A stretch of 64,000 bases of DNA, taken from positions 32,001 through 96,000 of the forward strand of contig JBGAON010000003.1 of assembly GCA_044221725.1 (NCBI GenBank), read 5' to 3'. The notes under the pieces are model-generated. The model saw only the letters and a program-made list of their open reading frames with translations. It was not told the origin of the DNA and ran no database searches. This DNA comes from Elusimicrobiota bacterium. Its GTDB lineage: Bacteria; Elusimicrobiota; Elusimicrobia; F11. The translations under genes were made by a program, and so were the position numbers. Below are positions 60,379 to 64,000 of this stretch, one piece after another. The first letter of the stretch is position 1. Every line of letters begins with the position of its first letter.

Positions 60379-60440
60379 TCGGCGGAATTTGTGTCAACTT
60401 GCCCAGCCGATCTCCAAGGAGAAAATGGGGCTAAAGCGAC
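60379..60440 (+). ncRNA. SAM-II/SAM-V-like riboswitch aptamer 1 (transcriptional)
   Basis: P1 UCGGC/GCCGA; L1 GAAUUU; P2b UUGCCCA pairing with UGG-G-GCUAA; P2a GUC/GAC. Confidence 0.7.
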
Positions 60441-60452
60441 GATGAGATTTTT

Positions 60453-60493
60453 AACCCGTGTCAGCTTATGTGTTGACACGGGTTTTGTTTTTT
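60453..60493 (+). terminator. Intrinsic terminator between the two aptamers
   Basis: AACCCGTGTCAGC-ttatgt-GTTGACACGGGTT followed by a T-tract. Confidence 0.88.
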
Positions 60494-60509
60494 CCGGCAA
60501 CAAAAAACA

Positions 60510-60572
60510 TGGCGGGAATTTAGATTCCAAATTGCCCCAGCCAGCGAAAGCGAATAGGGAGCTAAATAGGAG
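60510..60572 (+). ncRNA. SAM-II/SAM-V-like riboswitch aptamer 2 (translational)
   Basis: P1 UGGC/GCCA; L1 GAAUUU; P2b UUGCCCC pairing with GGG-A-GCUAA; P2a UUCC pairing with the SD GGAG. Confidence 0.7.
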
Positions 60573-60578
60573 ACGTAT

Positions 60579-61961
60579 ATGAAGAAGGGCGTTCTATTGG
60601 TCCTGCTTGGGGCCGCCGCGATTCCGCGCGGTGCTGTTTTCGCGGAAGATGCCCCAGCCTCCGCCACCGTTCAAACCATTGAGCAGCGTTTATCGATTCT
60701 CGAACGCAAATACGAAATCGATAAAGAAGACGCCGCCAACAAAGCGAAAGACGCTTCGTTCGTTACAAGCGGAAATGATGGTTTCCAAATTAAATCTACC
60801 GACGGCAACTCGTATCTGCGAATTTCGGGGTTGTTCCAAGCCGATTACCGAGACTATCTCGCGGACCATGGTTCCACGCAGCTCAATGATCAGTTTTTTC
60901 TTCGTCGCGTGCGCCCGACGTTCGAAGGTATCGTGAACAAATATATTGGGTTTCGAATCACGCCGGACTTTGCGAATGGTGGAGGAACCACCTCCGGTCC
61001 GACGTCAACCTTGTTGCCCGACGCTTACGTGGATTTGTTGTACGTGAACGGCGCGAAGGCGCGTGTGGGAAAGTTCAAACCGCCGGTGGGATTGGAAAAT
61101 CTGCAGTCGGATCCGGTCATGCCGTTTGTCGAGCGTTCGCTGGTTACGAATCTCGTGCCGATTCGCGATACCGGCGTTCAGTTGAGCGGTGATTTCGTGG
61201 GCGGTGCGATTAGTTATCAGGCGGCGGTTGTAAACGGCGTAGCGGATGCCGCGTACAGTGAGAGTGACACGAACGATGCAAAAGATTATGAAGGGCGCCT
61301 CTTCTTGCAGCCGTTCAAGCAATCGGCCTCCGAGTGGATCAATGGCTTAGGGTTTGGTGTCGCCGGGAGTGTGGGAGATCAATTTGGGAATGCGACCACG
61401 TCCGGATTAACCGCGGGGTACCGCACGGAAGGTCAACAAAACTTCTTCACGTATCAGACGGGCGCGTTTGCGAGCGGACAAAGAAAACGGTTCTCGCCCC
61501 AGGGGCACTGGTATTTCTCCCATGTGGGACTTTTGGCGGAATACGTAGCGTCGTCCCAAGAGGTAACGCGCGTGACCACATCAACGGCGACCGCATCGAT
61601 TACGAACCACGCGTGGCAAGTAACCGGTTCGTACGTGCTGACCGGAGAACGCCGGTCGTACGGTGGTGTGAAACCGCGGAAGAACTTCGATCCAAAAACG
61701 CACGGATGGGGTGCCTTTGAAGTCGTCGGTCGCTACGCGGTTTTTAAAGTTGACGATGAAGCGTTCACGAAAGGGTTCGCGTCCGTAGCGACGTCTGCCA
61801 AGAAAGCAAAATCTTGGGGAGCCGGCCTCAACTGGTATGTGAATAACAACCTGCGGCTGGCGTCGAATTACGTGGTCACTTCGTTCGATGGCGGGGCCGC
61901 GAGCGGAAACGATCGTCCCGCAGAAAAAGTCGTGTTAAGTCGTGTTCAAGTGACATTCTAA
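60579..61961 (+). CDS. OprO/OprP-family anion-selective porin (probably sulfate)
   Basis: Signal peptide; LRRVRP, GKFKPPVGLE, RD.G and GLNWY motifs; C-terminal F; first gene of the sulfate operon. Confidence 0.85.
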   Translation: MKKGVLLVLLGAAAIPRGAVFAEDAPASATVQTIEQRLSILERKYEIDKEDAANKAKDASFVTSGNDGFQIKSTDGNSYLRISGLFQADYRDYLADHGSTQLNDQFFLRRVRPTFEGIVNKYIGFRITPDFANGGGTTSGPTSTLLPDAYVDLLYVNGAKARVGKFKPPVGLENLQSDPVMPFVERSLVTNLVPIRDTGVQLSGDFVGGAISYQAAVVNGVADAAYSESDTNDAKDYEGRLFLQPFKQSASEWINGLGFGVAGSVGDQFGNATTSGLTAGYRTEGQQNFFTYQTGAFASGQRKRFSPQGHWYFSHVGLLAEYVASSQEVTRVTTSTATASITNHAWQVTGSYVLTGERRSYGGVKPRKNFDPKTHGWGAFEVVGRYAVFKVDDEAFTKGFASVATSAKKAKSWGAGLNWYVNNNLRLASNYVVTSFDGGAASGNDRPAEKVVLSRVQVTF

Positions 61962-61988
61962 ATCTCGCTTCGAGAAAGGGAAAATATC

Positions 61989-62993
61989 ATGAAGATCAGA
62001 AAAATTTTTTTAGTAACGGTTGCCTCGCTGTTCGTGTCGGTTTCGGTATTCCCAAAAGACGTGACGTTGTTAAATGTGTCGTACGATCCGACGCGGGAGC
62101 TGTATCAAGATTTTAATAAGGCGTTCGCGGATTATTGGAAAACAAAAACCAGTGACAATGTCACTGTTAATCAGTCGCACGGTGGGTCGGGCAAGCAAGC
62201 GCGCGCCGTGATCGATGGGCTCGATGCCGACGTGGTGACGCTTGCGCTCGCGTACGACATCGATGCGATCGCCGAGAAAGGGCAGTTGCTTGCGAAAGAT
62301 TGGCAGACGCGTCTTCCGGCCAACAGTTCTCCGTACACGTCAACGATCGTGTTTCTTGTTCGCAAAGGAAATCCAAAACGGATTAAAGATTGGGATGATT
62401 TGGTGAAACCCGGTGTGGACGTGATCACGCCAAATCCCAAGACTTCCGGTGGCGCGCGTTGGAATTATTTGGCGGCGTGGGGGTACGCGCTAAAAAAATG
62501 GAACAACGACGAAGCGAAAGCCAAAGAGTTCGTAACGAATCTTTATAAGAACGTGCCCGTTCTCGACTCGGGCGCTCGCGGTGCGACCGTGACATTTATC
62601 GAGCGCGGAATTGGCGACGTGGCAATTTCTTGGGAAAACGAAGCGTTTCTTGCGACGAACCAGTTTGGAAAAGGCGATTTCCAGATTGTGGTGCCGTCCG
62701 TTTCAATTCTAGCGGAGCCGCCCGTTGCTGTTGTTGAAAAAGTCACCGCACGTCGCGGGACAACCGCTGTTGCGCAGGCGTATGTTCAATATCTTTACAC
62801 CGATGAAGGGCAAGAGATCGCGGCGAAGAATTATTATCGCCCGCGTAACGAAAAGGTGGCGGCGAAGTACGCGGCGACGTTTCCAAAATTAACCTTGTTT
62901 GATATCTCGTTGTTCGGCGGTTGGAAAAAAGCGCAGAAGACGCATTTCGCCGATGGAGGCGTGTTTGACCAGATTTATCAACCCGGAAAATAA
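61989..62993 (+). CDS. sbp: Sulfate ABC transporter substrate-binding protein
   Basis: [22 protein letters not shown] and NPKTSGGAR motifs. Confidence 0.96.
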   Translation: MKIRKIFLVTVASLFVSVSVFPKDVTLLNVSYDPTRELYQDFNKAFADYWKTKTSDNVTVNQSHGGSGKQARAVIDGLDADVVTLALAYDIDAIAEKGQLLAKDWQTRLPANSSPYTSTIVFLVRKGNPKRIKDWDDLVKPGVDVITPNPKTSGGARWNYLAAWGYALKKWNNDEAKAKEFVTNLYKNVPVLDSGARGATVTFIERGIGDVAISWENEAFLATNQFGKGDFQIVVPSVSILAEPPVAVVEKVTARRGTTAVAQAYVQYLYTDEGQEIAAKNYYRPRNEKVAAKYAATFPKLTLFDISLFGGWKKAQKTHFADGGVFDQIYQPGK

Positions 62994-63826
62994 TGTTTTC
63001 GCGTAAAGACCGCGGCGTTTTGCCAGGTTTTGGTGTGACGATGGGCACCACGCTGACTCTGTTGAGTCTGGTTGTGCTCCTTCCGCTTTCCACGTTGTTC
63101 GTAAAAGCGGCAACGTTGAGCCGCACCGAAATCATCGCGCTCGTGACATCGCCGCGCGTGGTTGCGTCGCTGCGTTTGACTTTCGGAATTTCACTGATGG
63201 GAGCGTGTATCAATGCTCTGTTCGGTGTTGTTGTCGCATGGGTGCTCGTGCGTTATTCGTTTCCCGGACGAAAAATTGTGGACGGCATCGTCGATCTGCC
63301 ATTCGCATTGCCCACCGCGGTGGCCGGTATCACGCTAACAACGCTTTATTCGCCGCACGGTTGGATCGGAAAACCATTGGCGGATCTCGGCATAAAAGTC
63401 GCTTACACGCCACTCGGAATCCTCGTCGCGATGACATTCATTGGGCTTCCGTTTGTGGTGCGCACGGTTCAACCCGTCCTCGAAGACTTGGATCGGGATA
63501 TGGAAGAAGCGGCGGCCACGCTTGGTGCGTCGCGTTGGCACACGATTCACGCGGTCATATTGCCGACGCTTTATCCGTCGATCCTCACGGGATTTACGCT
63601 CGCGTTTGCGCGGGCGCTGGGCGAATACGGATCCGTGGTTTTTATTTCGGGCAATATGCCGCTCAAAACGGAGGTTACACCGCTCCTCATCATGACGAAA
63701 CTGGAGCAGTTTGATTACGTGGGAGCTTCTACGATTGCCGTGCTTATGCTTTTGATTTCTTTTTCACTTATTCTTGTGATCAACGTTCTGCAGTGGTGGA
63801 CGCGAAAACGTCAGGGGATGGCCTAA
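62993..63826 (+). CDS. cysT: Sulfate ABC transporter permease CysT
   Basis: LPGFG, DLPFALPTAVAG and EEAAATLGA motifs. Confidence 0.95.
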   Translation: MFSRKDRGVLPGFGVTMGTTLTLLSLVVLLPLSTLFVKAATLSRTEIIALVTSPRVVASLRLTFGISLMGACINALFGVVVAWVLVRYSFPGRKIVDGIVDLPFALPTAVAGITLTTLYSPHGWIGKPLADLGIKVAYTPLGILVAMTFIGLPFVVRTVQPVLEDLDRDMEEAAATLGASRWHTIHAVILPTLYPSILTGFTLAFARALGEYGSVVFISGNMPLKTEVTPLLIMTKLEQFDYVGASTIAVLMLLISFSLILVINVLQWWTRKRQGMA

Positions 63827-63827
63827 C

Positions 63828-64000
63828 GTGGCGGGCGCGGTTTCACGTCTACAAACAAAATCTTTCGCCGGCGCGTCCAAAGGGATGTCGGAGCCGGCGT
63901 GGGTCAGACGAACGCTGGTCGGGTTGGCGCTCGGGTTTCTCGCGTTTTTCCTATTTATTCCTCTCGCAGCGGTTTTTTACGAAGCGTTGCAGAAGGGGAT
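63828..64000 (+). CDS. cysW: Sulfate ABC transporter permease CysW, N-terminal fragment
   Basis: GTG start; ...SEPAWVRRTLVGLALGFLAFFLFIPLAAVFYEALQKG; follows cysT and runs off the window. Confidence 0.85.
   Translation, partial: MAGAVSRLQTKSFAGASKGMSEPAWVRRTLVGLALGFLAFFLFIPLAAVFYEALQKG

Noticed and set aside
60391..60582. 63-aa ORF or a SAM-I (S-box) riboswitch in the sulfate operon leader
   Set aside because: The SAM-I blocks (AUC..GAG, GCAACC, GUGC) are not present in order. The duplicated pseudoknot explains the region better.

Overview
This is a gene-dense bacterial chromosomal window from a diderm organism. A PorV-like gene and a T9SS-type C-terminal domain hint at Elusimicrobiota or an FCB-like lineage; this is inference only. 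I saw no rRNA, tRNA, CRISPR array or transposase. Region 1-38.9 kb is a general-stress island: Ku and LigD, TreT and TreX/Y/Z trehalose synthesis, BON, a ferritin-like protein, SOD, ElaB/YqjDEK-like genes, a Zn dehydrogenase and PPK2. Most of its transcription units carry the same ECF promoter, GAAC(Y)-N16/17-CGTA (13 exact and 4 one-mismatch copies). One copy lies directly upstream of a resident RpoE/RseA/RseB-like operon, which is the likely regulator. A second ECF/anti-sigma pair sits beside a TolC-MacAB operon and has its own repeated promoter. Region 38.9-44.4 kb is a DUF692 (MNIO) RiPP cluster: a 15-Cys, five-repeat bufferin-like precursor, DUF2063, a secreted DUF255 thioredoxin protein, and a third ECF/anti-sigma pair with a duplicated promoter. 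Region 45-64 kb holds a glycosylation trio, a c-di-AMP riboswitch before a KimA-like transporter, a short leuA with a leader-peptide attenuator, carboxy(nor)spermidine genes, and a sulfate uptake operon. That operon is preceded by two tandem SAM-II-like pseudoknot aptamers, one coupled to a terminator and one to the Shine-Dalgarno. All calls come from reading motifs by eye; no database search was run.
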